Below are positions 1 to 8,294 of a stretch of DNA of 64,000 nucleotides, piece by piece. Location of the stretch: assembly GCF_036507085.1 (NCBI RefSeq), contig NZ_DASXQQ010000104.1, one strand, 5' to 3'. The stretch comes from Piscinibacter sp. (lineage in GTDB: Bacteria > Pseudomonadota > Gammaproteobacteria > Burkholderiales > Burkholderiaceae_C). The translations under genes were made by a program, and so were the position numbers. The number at the start of each line of letters is the position of its first letter. Within the stretch, counting starts at the first letter, position 1. The notes below the pieces were generated by a model that searched no databases, had not been told where the DNA came from, and saw only the letters and a list, made by a program, of their open reading frames with translations.

Positions 1-331
1 CTGGGCCGGCATGCGCCAGCGCCGCGGCGACGTCGAGCAGGGCGTGCTCGACCGGCACCGCCGACTTGAGGCGAATACCCTGCTCCACGCCGTCCTTGTC
101 GTAGCCGAGGTTCACGCTCTTCTGCACGCGGTCGAACAGCGCCGGCGCAATCACCGCATAGCCGCGCTGTGCCAGATCGGTCGCAACCGACTGGATGTGG
201 CCGTTCACGCCGAAGATTTCCGGCAATACGACAACCGTTCCCTTGGCCGCTGAGGCCGGCGCGACCGCGAACGCGTCGAAGCGATGGCCGTCGGCTGCCG
301 TCAACGCGATCCACTGCCCGGAAAGACTCAT
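1..331 (-). CDS. Dienelactone hydrolase family protein (5' part; runs off window start)
   Basis: Manual translation from ATG 331: MSLSGQWIALTAADGHRFDAF...VVVLPEIFGVNGHIQSVATDLAQRGYAVIAPALF; EIFG motif of the DLH family; not in ORF track because the stop lies outside the window. Confidence 0.85.
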   Translation of the reverse strand, partial: MSLSGQWIALTAADGHRFDAFAVAPASAAKGTVVVLPEIFGVNGHIQSVATDLAQRGYAVIAPALFDRVQKSVNLGYDKDGVEQGIRLKSAVPVEHALLDVAAALAHAGP

Positions 332-407
332 GCTCGTCGCTCCTTTCGATTCGAGACTGAATCTACACTGGCTCGATCCGCGTTTGCATGGCCACTGGAG
401 ACCCCGC

Positions 408-1241
408 ATGGATGATCGAGACCCTCGCCCTCTCGCGGTGATTCTCTCCGGCGCCACCGGCTGGGCCGGGTCGGCGCTGGCGCGGGGCATTGCGCGTCAA
501 GCCGACATGCGGCTGGTCGGCGCCGTCGGCCAACGCAGCGCGGGCCAATCGCTCGGCGCGGTGCTGGGCAATGCGCAGCTCACCTGCCCGATCTCGGCGA
601 CGGCCACCGACGCGTTGGCCGGCACACCGGCTTGCGATGTCTACGTCGAGTACGCCAAGCCGAAGGACATGGCCGTGGTCAAGTCCAACGTGCTGGCGGC
701 GCTTGCGGCCGGCGCGCATGTGGTGGTCGCGAGCTCGGGCCTGAGCGACGCCGACTATGCGGACATCGACACCGCCGCGCGCGCGGCGCACCGCGGCGTG
801 CTGGCTTGCGGCAACTTCGCGTTGACCGCGGTGCTGTTGCAGCGCTTCGCCGAGATGGCGGCGCGCCATGTTCCGAACTTCGAGATCATCGACTACGCCA
901 AGGACAGCAAGCCCGACGCGCCTTCGGGAACGGGGCGCGAGCTCGCGCAGCGCCTGGGCAACGTGCGCCAACCCGCCGTCGGCGTGCCGCTAGACCAGGT
1001 CAATGGGCCGCCCGGCGTGCGCGGCGCCACGGTCAACGGCGTGCAGGTCCATGCGCTGCGCGTGCCGGGGTTCGTGATCGGCATCGAGGCCGTCTTCGGC
1101 ATGCCCGACCAGCGCCTGCACATCCGCCATGAAGCGGGCGCCGGCGCCGAGCCTTACGTCGACGGCGCCCTGCTCGCGATCCGCAAGGTCCACACGCGCG
1201 TGGGCGTTGTGCGCGGCCTGGACCAGGTGATGGATTGGTGA
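408..1241 (+). CDS. dapB: 4-hydroxy-tetrahydrodipicolinate reductase-like protein (DapB paralog)
   Basis: Rossmann GATGWAG, K-x-DAPSGT motif, C-terminal HALRVPG...IRHEA; ATG 408 preceded by GGAG; catalytic His-His absent. Confidence 0.75.
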   Translation: MDDRDPRPLAVILSGATGWAGSALARGIARQADMRLVGAVGQRSAGQSLGAVLGNAQLTCPISATATDALAGTPACDVYVEYAKPKDMAVVKSNVLAALAAGAHVVVASSGLSDADYADIDTAARAAHRGVLACGNFALTAVLLQRFAEMAARHVPNFEIIDYAKDSKPDAPSGTGRELAQRLGNVRQPAVGVPLDQVNGPPGVRGATVNGVQVHALRVPGFVIGIEAVFGMPDQRLHIRHEAGAGAEPYVDGALLAIRKVHTRVGVVRGLDQVMDW

Positions 1242-1255
1242 AGGAGGGCCAACGC

Positions 1256-1319
1256 ATGAGCCGCCGGGCCGTTCCCAAGGCGAATTCCGGAGTGCGCAGC
1301 ACGGAGGATGCCCAATGAG
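1256..1319 (+). mobile_element. 59-bp miniature element, copy 1, flanked by ATGAG direct repeat; encodes mini-ORF MSRRAVPKANSGVRSTEDAQ*
   Basis: 53/59 identical to 61343-61401; ATGAG at 1256 and 1315; mini-ORF TGA overlaps peptidase ATG; mobility is inferred. Confidence 0.7.
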
Positions 1320-3243
1320 TTCGCCCACCACCGCCCCCTTCGGCACCTGGACCTCGCCGATCACGGCGCAGCGGGTCGCGTCTGGCACCCGGCCGCTCGC
1401 GGCGCCGCGCATCGTCGGCAACGACATCTGCTGGCTCGAAGGCCTGCCGGCCGACGGCGGGCGCGTCGTCGTCGTGCGCGCGAAGAACGGCGGGCCGGGC
1501 GAGATCGTCACGCCGGCGCCGTTCAACGTGCGTTCCCGCGTCCACGAGTACGGCGGCGGCGCCCATGTGGTGAGCGGCGACACCGTCTACTTCTCTCACT
1601 TCGCCGACAAGCTCGTCTACGCGCAGCGCGGCGACGCGGCGCCGCAGCCGATCACGCACAACGGCTTGCAGCGCCACGCCGACTTCGAGCTCGACCCGGC
1701 GCGGCAGCGCTTGATCGCCGTGCGCGAGGACCATGGCGGCGGATCCCACGAGCCGACGAACAGCCTCGTCGCGCTCGGGCTCGACGGGGCCGATGAGCCA
1801 GTTGTTCTCGCGTCGGGCTTCGATTTCTATGCCGCGCCGCGCCTGTCGCCCGGCGGCCGGCAGCTCGCCTGGCTGTGCTGGAACCACCCGCTGATGCCGT
1901 GGAACGGCTGCGAGCTCTGGCTTGCCGACGTCGGCGCCGACGGCCAACTTCAGCGGCCTCGCAAGCTCGCCGGCAGCACGACCGAATCGCTGTGCCAGCC
2001 GCTGTGGTCGCCGCGCGGCACGCTGCTCGTCGTGTCCGATCGAACGGGTTGGTGGAACCTGTACCGGGTCGAGGGCGAGACGCTGCATCCGGTGTGCCCC
2101 ATGCCAGCCGAGTTCGGCCGACCGCAGTGGCTGTTCGCGCAGGCGATGGTCGGCTTCAGCGGCGATGACGAGGTCGTGGCGACCTGCATCGAGCAAGGGG
2201 TCAGCCGGCTGGTGCGAATCGACCTGCGCAGCGGCGAGCTGCAGCCCATCGCCACCGCCTTCACCGATCTGCAGGAACTGCGCGCCGGCCCCGGCTTCGT
2301 GGTCGCGCTGGCGGCCTCGTCCAGCGCACCCGAGCAGGTCGTGCGCATCGATGTGGCGAGCGGTGCGCACCGCGTGCTCGCGCGAAGCGCCGACGACGTG
2401 CCCGACGCGCGCTATCTGTCCACGCCGGCGAGCATCTGCTACGCGAGCACCGGCGGACGCGTGGCACATGCCTTTCACTATCCGCCGCACAACGAGGACT
2501 TCGTGCCGCCGGCGGGCGAGTTGCCGCCGCTGATCGTCACCAGCCACGGCGGGCCGACGTCGATGAACACCAGCAGCCTGCGGCTCGCGATCCAGTACTG
2601 GACGAGCCGCGGCTTCGCGGTGCTGGACGTGAACTACGGCGGCAGCTCCGGCTTCGGCCGTGCCTACATGGACCTGCTGAAGGGCCAGTGGGGCATCGTC
2701 GATGTCGACGATTGCGTGGCCGGTGCGCGCCACCTGGCCGAGCGCGGGCTCGTCGATCCGCCGCGCATGGCCATCCGCGGCGGCAGCGCGAGCGGCTTCA
2801 CCACCTTGTGCGCCCTCGCCTTCCACGATGTGTTCAAGGCCGGCGCCAGCTACTACGGCGTCAGCGATCTCGCCGGGCTCGACGCCGACACCCACAAGTT
2901 CGAGTCGCGCTACACGAGTTACCTCGTCGCCCCGCCGCCGCAGCGTGACGCGCTCTACGCGCAGCGTTCACCGCTGCTGCACACCGACCGGCTGCACTGC
3001 CCGATGATCTTTTTCCAGGGGCTGGACGACAAGGTCGTGCTGCCGGCGCAGTCCGAGATGATGGTCGACGCGCTGAAGTCGCGCGGCGTCCCGGTGGCCT
3101 ACCTCGCCTTCGAAGGCGAGGGCCACGGCTTTCGGCGGCTGGAAACGATCCAGCGCACGCTCGAAGCCGAGTTGTCCTTCTACGCCCAGGTGTTCGGCTT
3201 CGAGCCGGCCGATGCGATGGCGCCGGTGGAGATTCACGGCTGA
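1315..3243 (+). CDS. S9 family peptidase (acylaminoacyl/dipeptidyl aminopeptidase)
   Basis: N-terminal APFGTWTSPIT, HGGPT, nucleophile GGSASG, QGLDDKVV (Asp), EGHGF (His). Confidence 0.9.
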   Translation: MSSPTTAPFGTWTSPITAQRVASGTRPLAAPRIVGNDICWLEGLPADGGRVVVVRAKNGGPGEIVTPAPFNVRSRVHEYGGGAHVVSGDTVYFSHFADKLVYAQRGDAAPQPITHNGLQRHADFELDPARQRLIAVREDHGGGSHEPTNSLVALGLDGADEPVVLASGFDFYAAPRLSPGGRQLAWLCWNHPLMPWNGCELWLADVGADGQLQRPRKLAGSTTESLCQPLWSPRGTLLVVSDRTGWWNLYRVEGETLHPVCPMPAEFGRPQWLFAQAMVGFSGDDEVVATCIEQGVSRLVRIDLRSGELQPIATAFTDLQELRAGPGFVVALAASSSAPEQVVRIDVASGAHRVLARSADDVPDARYLSTPASICYASTGGRVAHAFHYPPHNEDFVPPAGELPPLIVTSHGGPTSMNTSSLRLAIQYWTSRGFAVLDVNYGGSSGFGRAYMDLLKGQWGIVDVDDCVAGARHLAERGLVDPPRMAIRGGSASGFTTLCALAFHDVFKAGASYYGVSDLAGLDADTHKFESRYTSYLVAPPPQRDALYAQRSPLLHTDRLHCPMIFFQGLDDKVVLPAQSEMMVDALKSRGVPVAYLAFEGEGHGFRRLETIQRTLEAELSFYAQVFGFEPADAMAPVEIHG

Positions 3244-3362
3244 GTGCCTTCAGCGCAGCGACGCAGGATTTGCGCAGAGGATGCAGCGAGCGCTCCGCGG
3301 ACCTCTGTGTCTCTGCGGTGGATGAATTTGCTTCCCGAGAGTCTCGCGGCACTGACCGCTCT

Positions 3363-3456
3363 CCGTTCGCCCTGAGGTATCGAATGGGCCCGTGTGTTCT
3401 CCGCTGTCCGTTCGGGCTGAGCCTGTCGAAGCCAGGCAGCGAGCGACAAGCTCAGG
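3363..3456. repeat. REP-like cluster, CCGTTCG..CTGAG(C/G)..TCGAAG family
   Basis: Copies at 3363-3384 and 3408-3433, partial inverted copy at 3444-3456; same family at 3678-3743, 8155-8256, 22876-22893. Confidence 0.75.
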
Positions 3457-3543
3457 AGGCTCGAACAAGCCGCCGCGCACCGAGAGGAAGCCGGCGGCGA
3501 TGATGAGGTAGATCGGTCCGGTGATCGACAGGATCTTCAGCAT
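3457..3543 (-). pseudogene. AEC (auxin efflux carrier) family transporter, N-terminal remnant
   Basis: MLKILSITGPIYLIIAAGFLSVRGGLF resembles an AEC N-terminus; homology ends where REP sequence begins. Confidence 0.6.
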
Positions 3544-3565
3544 CGGTCCCAGGCGTGGCGCAGTC

Positions 3566-3644
3566 GTAGGGTGGGCTTCAGCCCACGGGATTCGCTGGCG
3601 CTCGCGGACGGCACGCGAAGCCCCTGGGCTGAAGCCCACCCTAC
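3566..3644. repeat. GTAG-type REP doublet (REPIN-like inverted pair)
   Basis: GTAGGGTGGGCTTCAGCCCAC (3566-3586) and inverted TGGGCTGAAGCCCACCCTAC (3625-3644); third copy at 17858-17878. Confidence 0.8.
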
Positions 3645-3677
3645 AAACACGCCGCTCTTGAGAAACAAAACTCCCGG

Positions 3678-3743
3678 TCCTGAGGTATCGAAGGAAGCCC
3701 CGCTCACTGTCCGCGCTGCCCTTCGATACCTCAGGGCGAACGG
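3678..3743. repeat. Inverted REP pair (TCCTGAGGTATCGAAGG / CCCTTCGATACCTCAGGGCGAACGG)
   Basis: Directly visible inverted repeat, same family as 3363-3456. Confidence 0.75.
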
Positions 3744-3784
3744 TTTCTTCGCGAACGCCTGGCCCGATTGCGGGGCTGGGATGC

Positions 3785-4618
3785 TCAATAACTCAGCCGG
3801 GCCACCGAACGCAACAGCTCGGGCGTCGTGCTCGGGAAGCCGAAGAACTCGAGGTAGGCGGGGATCTGCTCGAACAGCATGTCCGAGCCGACCTGGAAGC
3901 GGCAGCCGCGCGCCTGCACGGCGCGCAGGAAGGCGGTCATCTCCTGCCTCATCACAACCTCGCCGACAAAGGTGGACGGTGCTATGCGCGACACGTCCAG
4001 CGGCAGCGGGTCGCCGTCGTCCATGCCCATCGGCGTGGCGTTGACGACCAGGTCGAAGCCCTCGGGGTCGTTGCGGCCGGTGCTCACCGCCAGCGCCGGG
4101 TAGTGCGCCTTCAGCCGCTCGCCCAGCGCGTCGGCCGATTCGGCGCGCGCGTCGAACAGACCGATCGCGGCGACGCCCGCGGCGGCCAGCGAGGCCGCGA
4201 TCGCCGAGCCCACGCCGCCGGCGCCCACCACCAGCGCGCGCGCCCCAACGAGCGTGAAGCCCTTGCGGCGCACACCGCGCACGAAGCCTTCGCCGTCGAA
4301 CAGGTCGCCCACCAGGCGCCCGTCGTCGGCGCGGCGCACCGCGTTGCACGAGCCGGCGATCTTCACGGTGGGCGTCACCTCGTCGAGCAGGCCCGCGGTG
4401 CTGACCTTGTGCGGCATGGTGATCAGCGCGCCGCGGATGTTCTCGAGCCTAAACAGCGCGCGCAGGAAGGCCGGGTAAGGCTCGCCCTTGCAACCCATGG
4501 GCACGACCACGGCGTCGACGCCGGCGTGCTTGAAGTAGGGGTTGTAGATCATCGGCGCCTTGAACGCATGCGTCGGGTAGCCGATGTGGGCGATGAGGGT
4601 GGTGGTGCCGCGGATCAT
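3785..4618 (-). CDS. aroE: Shikimate/quinate dehydrogenase (AroE/YdiB-like)
   Basis: TMPHK, GSCNAV, GAGGVG, NATPMG motifs; ATG 4618 (alternative TTG 4627). Confidence 0.85.
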   Translation of the reverse strand: MIRGTTTLIAHIGYPTHAFKAPMIYNPYFKHAGVDAVVVPMGCKGEPYPAFLRALFRLENIRGALITMPHKVSTAGLLDEVTPTVKIAGSCNAVRRADDGRLVGDLFDGEGFVRGVRRKGFTLVGARALVVGAGGVGSAIAASLAAAGVAAIGLFDARAESADALGERLKAHYPALAVSTGRNDPEGFDLVVNATPMGMDDGDPLPLDVSRIAPSTFVGEVVMRQEMTAFLRAVQARGCRFQVGSDMLFEQIPAYLEFFGFPSTTPELLRSVARLSY

Positions 4619-4623
4619 CGGAG

Positions 4624-5073
4624 TCAACGCGCCTTCGCTTCCTTCACCGCCGAGACCGCCGCGCGCAGCCCGAGCAGGTAGCTGTCGACGCCGAAGCCGC
4701 AGATCTGTCCGCGCACGATCTCGGCGAACACCGAGTGGTGGCGGAACGCCTCGCGCGCGTGGATGTTGGACATGTGGATCTCGACCACCGGCACCGTGAG
4801 GATCGCCAGCGCGTCGCGCAGGCCGTAGCTGTAGTGGGTCCAGGCGCCGGCGTTGATGAGCACCGCATCAACGCCGTCGACGAAGCCCTGGTGGACGCGC
4901 TCACACATCGCCCCTTCGTGGTTGGTCTGAAAGCTCTCGACCTCGACACCGAGCTCGCGGCCCAGGGCCTGCAGTCGGGCGTCGATCTCGGCCAGCGTGA
5001 TCATTCCGTACTGCAGCGGATCGCGCTTGCCGAACAGGTTGTGGTTGATGCCGTGAAGCATGAGAACGCGCAT
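4624..5073 (-). CDS. aroQ: Type II 3-dehydroquinate dehydratase
   Basis: LHGINHNLFGKRDPLQYG, QTNHEG, INAGAWTHYS, EIHMSNIHAREAFRHHS. Confidence 0.93.
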   Translation of the reverse strand: MRVLMLHGINHNLFGKRDPLQYGMITLAEIDARLQALGRELGVEVESFQTNHEGAMCERVHQGFVDGVDAVLINAGAWTHYSYGLRDALAILTVPVVEIHMSNIHAREAFRHHSVFAEIVRGQICGFGVDSYLLGLRAAVSAVKEAKAR

Positions 5074-5086
5074 GGTGATGTCTTCC

Positions 5087-6145
5087 TCAGTGATTGGGTA
5101 CGCTGACCACCTGGCCGGTCTTCGCCGCTTCGACGATGGCCTCGGTGATGCGCAGGTTCTGCAGGCCGTCGCGGGCGGTGACCAGCGGTTGCGCCTCGCC
5201 GCGAATGACCGCGCCGAAGTGCTCGAGCTGGTGCTTCAGCGGGTCGTCGCGCTGCATCTCGGCCACGCTCACGTTGAACGGCTTCCACCACGAGCGGTCT
5301 TCCGCGCGCGCATAGGTCTTCAGGCGCATCGTCGGCACCGACAGGCTGCCGTGGGTGCCGGCGATGACGTAGCAGTCCTCGTCGGGGTAGCTCGGGTAGG
5401 CCTTGTTCTCCTGCGAGGTCTGCTCCCAGCTGCGCGGGCAGGCGGCGGTGTCCGACAACATGAAGCTGCCCAGCGCGCCGCTGGCGAATCGCAGGTTGAT
5501 GGCCACCGTGTCTTCGACCGGGAAGCCGCGCGTGGCGTGCGAGGCGAAGGCCTGCACCGCGACGATGTCGCCGCAGAGCATGCGCAGGTTGTGCACCTCG
5601 TGGATCATGTTCAGCAGGATCGGGCCGGCGCCGATCTCGCGCCGCCACGGTGCGTCGACAAAGTAGTGATCGGGCTTGAAAAACACCGCGCTGCCCATCA
5701 CCGCGACCAGCGGTCCGAGCCTGCCCTGGTCAATCACTTCCTTGGCGCGGGCCATGATCGGGCTGTGCGCGCGGTGGTGGCCGATGAGGATCTTCGCGCC
5801 GGATTCGTCGGCGAGCTTCAGCAGCCGTTCGCCCTCCTCCACCGTCGGCGCGATCGGTTTTTCCAGCAGCATCGGCAGGTCGGCCTGCATGCACGCCATC
5901 GCATGCTCGACATGCAGCTGGTTCGGCGTGGCGAGGATCACGCCGTCGGGACGGTCGCGTTCCAGCAGTTCGTCGAGCGAGCGGTACAGCGGCACGCCGG
6001 CCTGGGCCGCGACGGCTTGCGCCGCGGGCGCCGGGTCGACGATGGCCGAGAGCGTGCAGCGGGCGCTCTTCTGCGCCACCGCCATGTGCGCGACGCCGAT
6101 GTAGCCGGCGCCGGCCACCGCGATGCGGGTCGGAGTCATGCTCAT
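5087..6145 (-). CDS. Gfo/Idh/MocA family oxidoreductase
   Basis: GAGYIG, ATPNQLH, LEKP, GHHR motifs. Confidence 0.88.
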   Translation of the reverse strand: MSMTPTRIAVAGAGYIGVAHMAVAQKSARCTLSAIVDPAPAAQAVAAQAGVPLYRSLDELLERDRPDGVILATPNQLHVEHAMACMQADLPMLLEKPIAPTVEEGERLLKLADESGAKILIGHHRAHSPIMARAKEVIDQGRLGPLVAVMGSAVFFKPDHYFVDAPWRREIGAGPILLNMIHEVHNLRMLCGDIVAVQAFASHATRGFPVEDTVAINLRFASGALGSFMLSDTAACPRSWEQTSQENKAYPSYPDEDCYVIAGTHGSLSVPTMRLKTYARAEDRSWWKPFNVSVAEMQRDDPLKHQLEHFGAVIRGEAQPLVTARDGLQNLRITEAIVEAAKTGQVVSVPNH

Positions 6146-6149
6146 GGGC

Positions 6150-6560
6150 TTACTTGCGCGCCTTGGCGAGCTCGGCCTGCAGCGCGGCGACGGTGTCGAC
6201 CCCAACGAGGGCCGAATGCTTGTCGATCACCGGCTTCATCTTGTCGCGGAACAGGCAGGCCGCGAGGATCGCGACGAAGCCGAGGCCGCCGCGCCGGTGG
6301 CCCACCAGCGTCAGCGCGAGCTTGACGATGCGGCTCGACAGCCCGCCCACGTTCATGATCTCGCCGGCGAGCATGAAGAAGGGCACGGCCAGCAGCGGGA
6401 AGCTGTCGGCGCCGTTGATGACGTTCTGCGCCAGGATCTGCGCGTCGAACAGGTCCAGGTGCCACATCAGCGCCACGCCCGACAGCAGCAGCGAGTAGGC
6501 GATCGGCACGCCCAGCGCCATCACGAGCAGCAGCGAGCCGAGGAAGATGACGACGGTCAT
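6150..6560 (-). pseudogene. Chimeric TRAP gene: DctM N-terminus fused in frame to DctP C-terminus (deletion product)
   Basis: About the first 104 aa are DctM-like (LLAVPFFMLAGEIMNVGGLSSRIV...GGLG); the tail RDKMKPVIDKHSALVGVDTVAALQAELAKARK is DctP-like; far shorter than a full DctM. Confidence 0.8.
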
Positions 6561-6570
6561 GGCGGCTCCT

Positions 6571-7119
6571 TCAGCGCGCGGGTTCACCGATGCGCAGCGC
6601 CTCGACCTGCGCCAGGTCTTCGGACTCCTGCACCATCACGAGTTCGCTGTCGCGCATCTGGCCGCTCACGGTGCGCCACAGTTCGCGCACCAGCAGCAAG
6701 CCGGCCGAGACGGCGAACACCACGCCGCTCGCATAGAAGATCGCGACCGAGGCGCCGCTGACCGGCGCCTCCACGTCGAGGTTGATGCGCGCCTGCGCGA
6801 GGCTGCCGCTGAACAGCAGCCAGGTGGCGTAGAGCATCAGCAGTTGGCCCGCGACGAGGCAGACCTTCTTGCCGCTGCGCCCGAGGCGCGACACCAGCAT
6901 GTCGGTGCCGAGGTGGCCGTGCTCCTTGAGCGCGACGATGGCGCCGAGGAAGGTCATCCACACGAACAGCCAGCGCGAGACCTCTTCGGACATCGTGATA
7001 CCGGAGTTGAAGGCGTAGCGCAGCACCACGTTGCCGAACACCAGCACCACCATCACCGCGAGCGCCAACGCAATGGCCCATTCAATGAGACGGCAGTAGC
7101 CGTCTATCCATCGGTTCAT
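6571..7119 (-). CDS. dctQ: TRAP transporter small permease DctQ
   Basis: VVLRYAFNSGITMSEEVSRWLFVWMTFLGA...HLGTDML; 4 hydrophobic segments; RBS AGGAG upstream. Confidence 0.88.
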   Translation of the reverse strand: MNRWIDGYCRLIEWAIALALAVMVVLVFGNVVLRYAFNSGITMSEEVSRWLFVWMTFLGAIVALKEHGHLGTDMLVSRLGRSGKKVCLVAGQLLMLYATWLLFSGSLAQARINLDVEAPVSGASVAIFYASGVVFAVSAGLLLVRELWRTVSGQMRDSELVMVQESEDLAQVEALRIGEPAR

Positions 7120-7206
7120 CCTTGTCTCCTGCGTTTTCCGGGTTGGTATCGTCCAGCTCACTCAGCTTACTGACAACCAATCGAACTACAATGCGTCCAT
7201 CCGTTC

Positions 7207-7230
7207 ATTCACAATTTCCTATCCGTGAAT
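7207..7230. promoter_or_regulatory. Putative LysR operator, ATTCAC-N12-GTGAAT
   Basis: Inverted hexamers overlapping the LysR GTG start in the divergent intergenic region. Confidence 0.35.
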
Positions 7231-8148
7231 AGAAGCTGGGATCTGGACGATCTGGAAGTGTTTTGTGGCGTCGCCAAGCGCTCCAGCTTCACCGCGGCGG
7301 CCACTGACCTGGGCATCTCGCCGGCCTATGTGACCAAGCGCATCGCGCGGCTCGAGCGGGCGCTGGGCGTCACCTTGTTTCACCGCACGACGCGGCGGGT
7401 GCACATCAGCACCGAGGGCGAGATCGCCTACGCCTGGGCCCGCAAGATGCTCGATGCGGCCGACGGCATGCACAGCGAGGTCGCGAGCGCCAAGGGCTCG
7501 CCCACCGGCACGCTGCGGCTGAGCACCAGCCTGCGGCTCGGCCGCAACCATGTCTCGCACATCCTGTCGCTGCTGCGCAAGAAGCATCCGGCACTCGACA
7601 TCTGGCTCGAGCTGGTGGACCGCCGCGTCGACCTGATCGCCGAGGGATTCGACATCGACATCCGCGTCGGCGAGGTCAGCGAGCCGCACCTCGTGGCGCG
7701 CAAGATCGCACCCAGCGCGCGCATCCTGTGCGCCGCGCCGGCCTACCTGAAGCGGCGCGGCCGCCCGCGCACGCTGGCCGAGCTGGCACAGCACGATTGC
7801 CTGTTGTTCCGCGACCGCGAGCAGGCCTTCGGCGTCTTGCGCATGGAAGGGCCGAACGGCGCGGAGTCGGTCAAGGTCACCGGCCCGCTCGGCTCCAACC
7901 ACAGCGACCCGGTGCGCAACTGGGCACTGGCCGGACACGGCATCGTGCTGCTGTCGAGCTGGGACATCGCGGAGAAGCTCAGGGACGGCAGCGTCGAGCG
8001 CGTGCTGCCGCAGTACCGGCAGTCGGCCGACGTGTACGCCGTGATGCCCACGCGCGCCAGCCACCTGGCCAAGCTGAGCGTGTGCGTCGATTTCCTGGTC
8101 AAGCATCTGACGCAGGGGCCGTACGCGCTGGACACGGCGATCGATTGA
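7225..8148 (+). CDS. LysR family regulator (DmlR/CrgA-like), divergent from the TRAP-aro operon
   Basis: HTH SFTAAATDLGISPAYVTKRIARLE...LFHRTTRR; VDLIAEGFDIDIRVG. Confidence 0.9.
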   Translation: MNRSWDLDDLEVFCGVAKRSSFTAAATDLGISPAYVTKRIARLERALGVTLFHRTTRRVHISTEGEIAYAWARKMLDAADGMHSEVASAKGSPTGTLRLSTSLRLGRNHVSHILSLLRKKHPALDIWLELVDRRVDLIAEGFDIDIRVGEVSEPHLVARKIAPSARILCAAPAYLKRRGRPRTLAELAQHDCLLFRDREQAFGVLRMEGPNGAESVKVTGPLGSNHSDPVRNWALAGHGIVLLSSWDIAEKLRDGSVERVLPQYRQSADVYAVMPTRASHLAKLSVCVDFLVKHLTQGPYALDTAID

Positions 8149-8154
8149 GCTTGT

Positions 8155-8256
8155 CCTTAGACGAGCTCAGGATCGATCGGAAATGCCGAATGCCAACCAG
8201 CCCCGTTCGGGCTGAGCTTGTATTTCCGATCGTCCTGAGCTTGTCGAAGGAAGCCC
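8155..8256. repeat. Nested REP mosaic between convergent genes
   Basis: Inverted arms 8155-8184 and 8222-8250; CCGTTCGGGCTGAGCTTGT copy between them. Confidence 0.65.
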
Positions 8257-8294
8257 AAGCCCGCGCGACGATGATGCGCCGACGGATCGAAACC

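Noticed and set aside
3244-3784. Repeat cluster as a CRISPR array
   Set aside because: Repeats are inverted, belong to several families and are irregularly spaced; no cas genes are present
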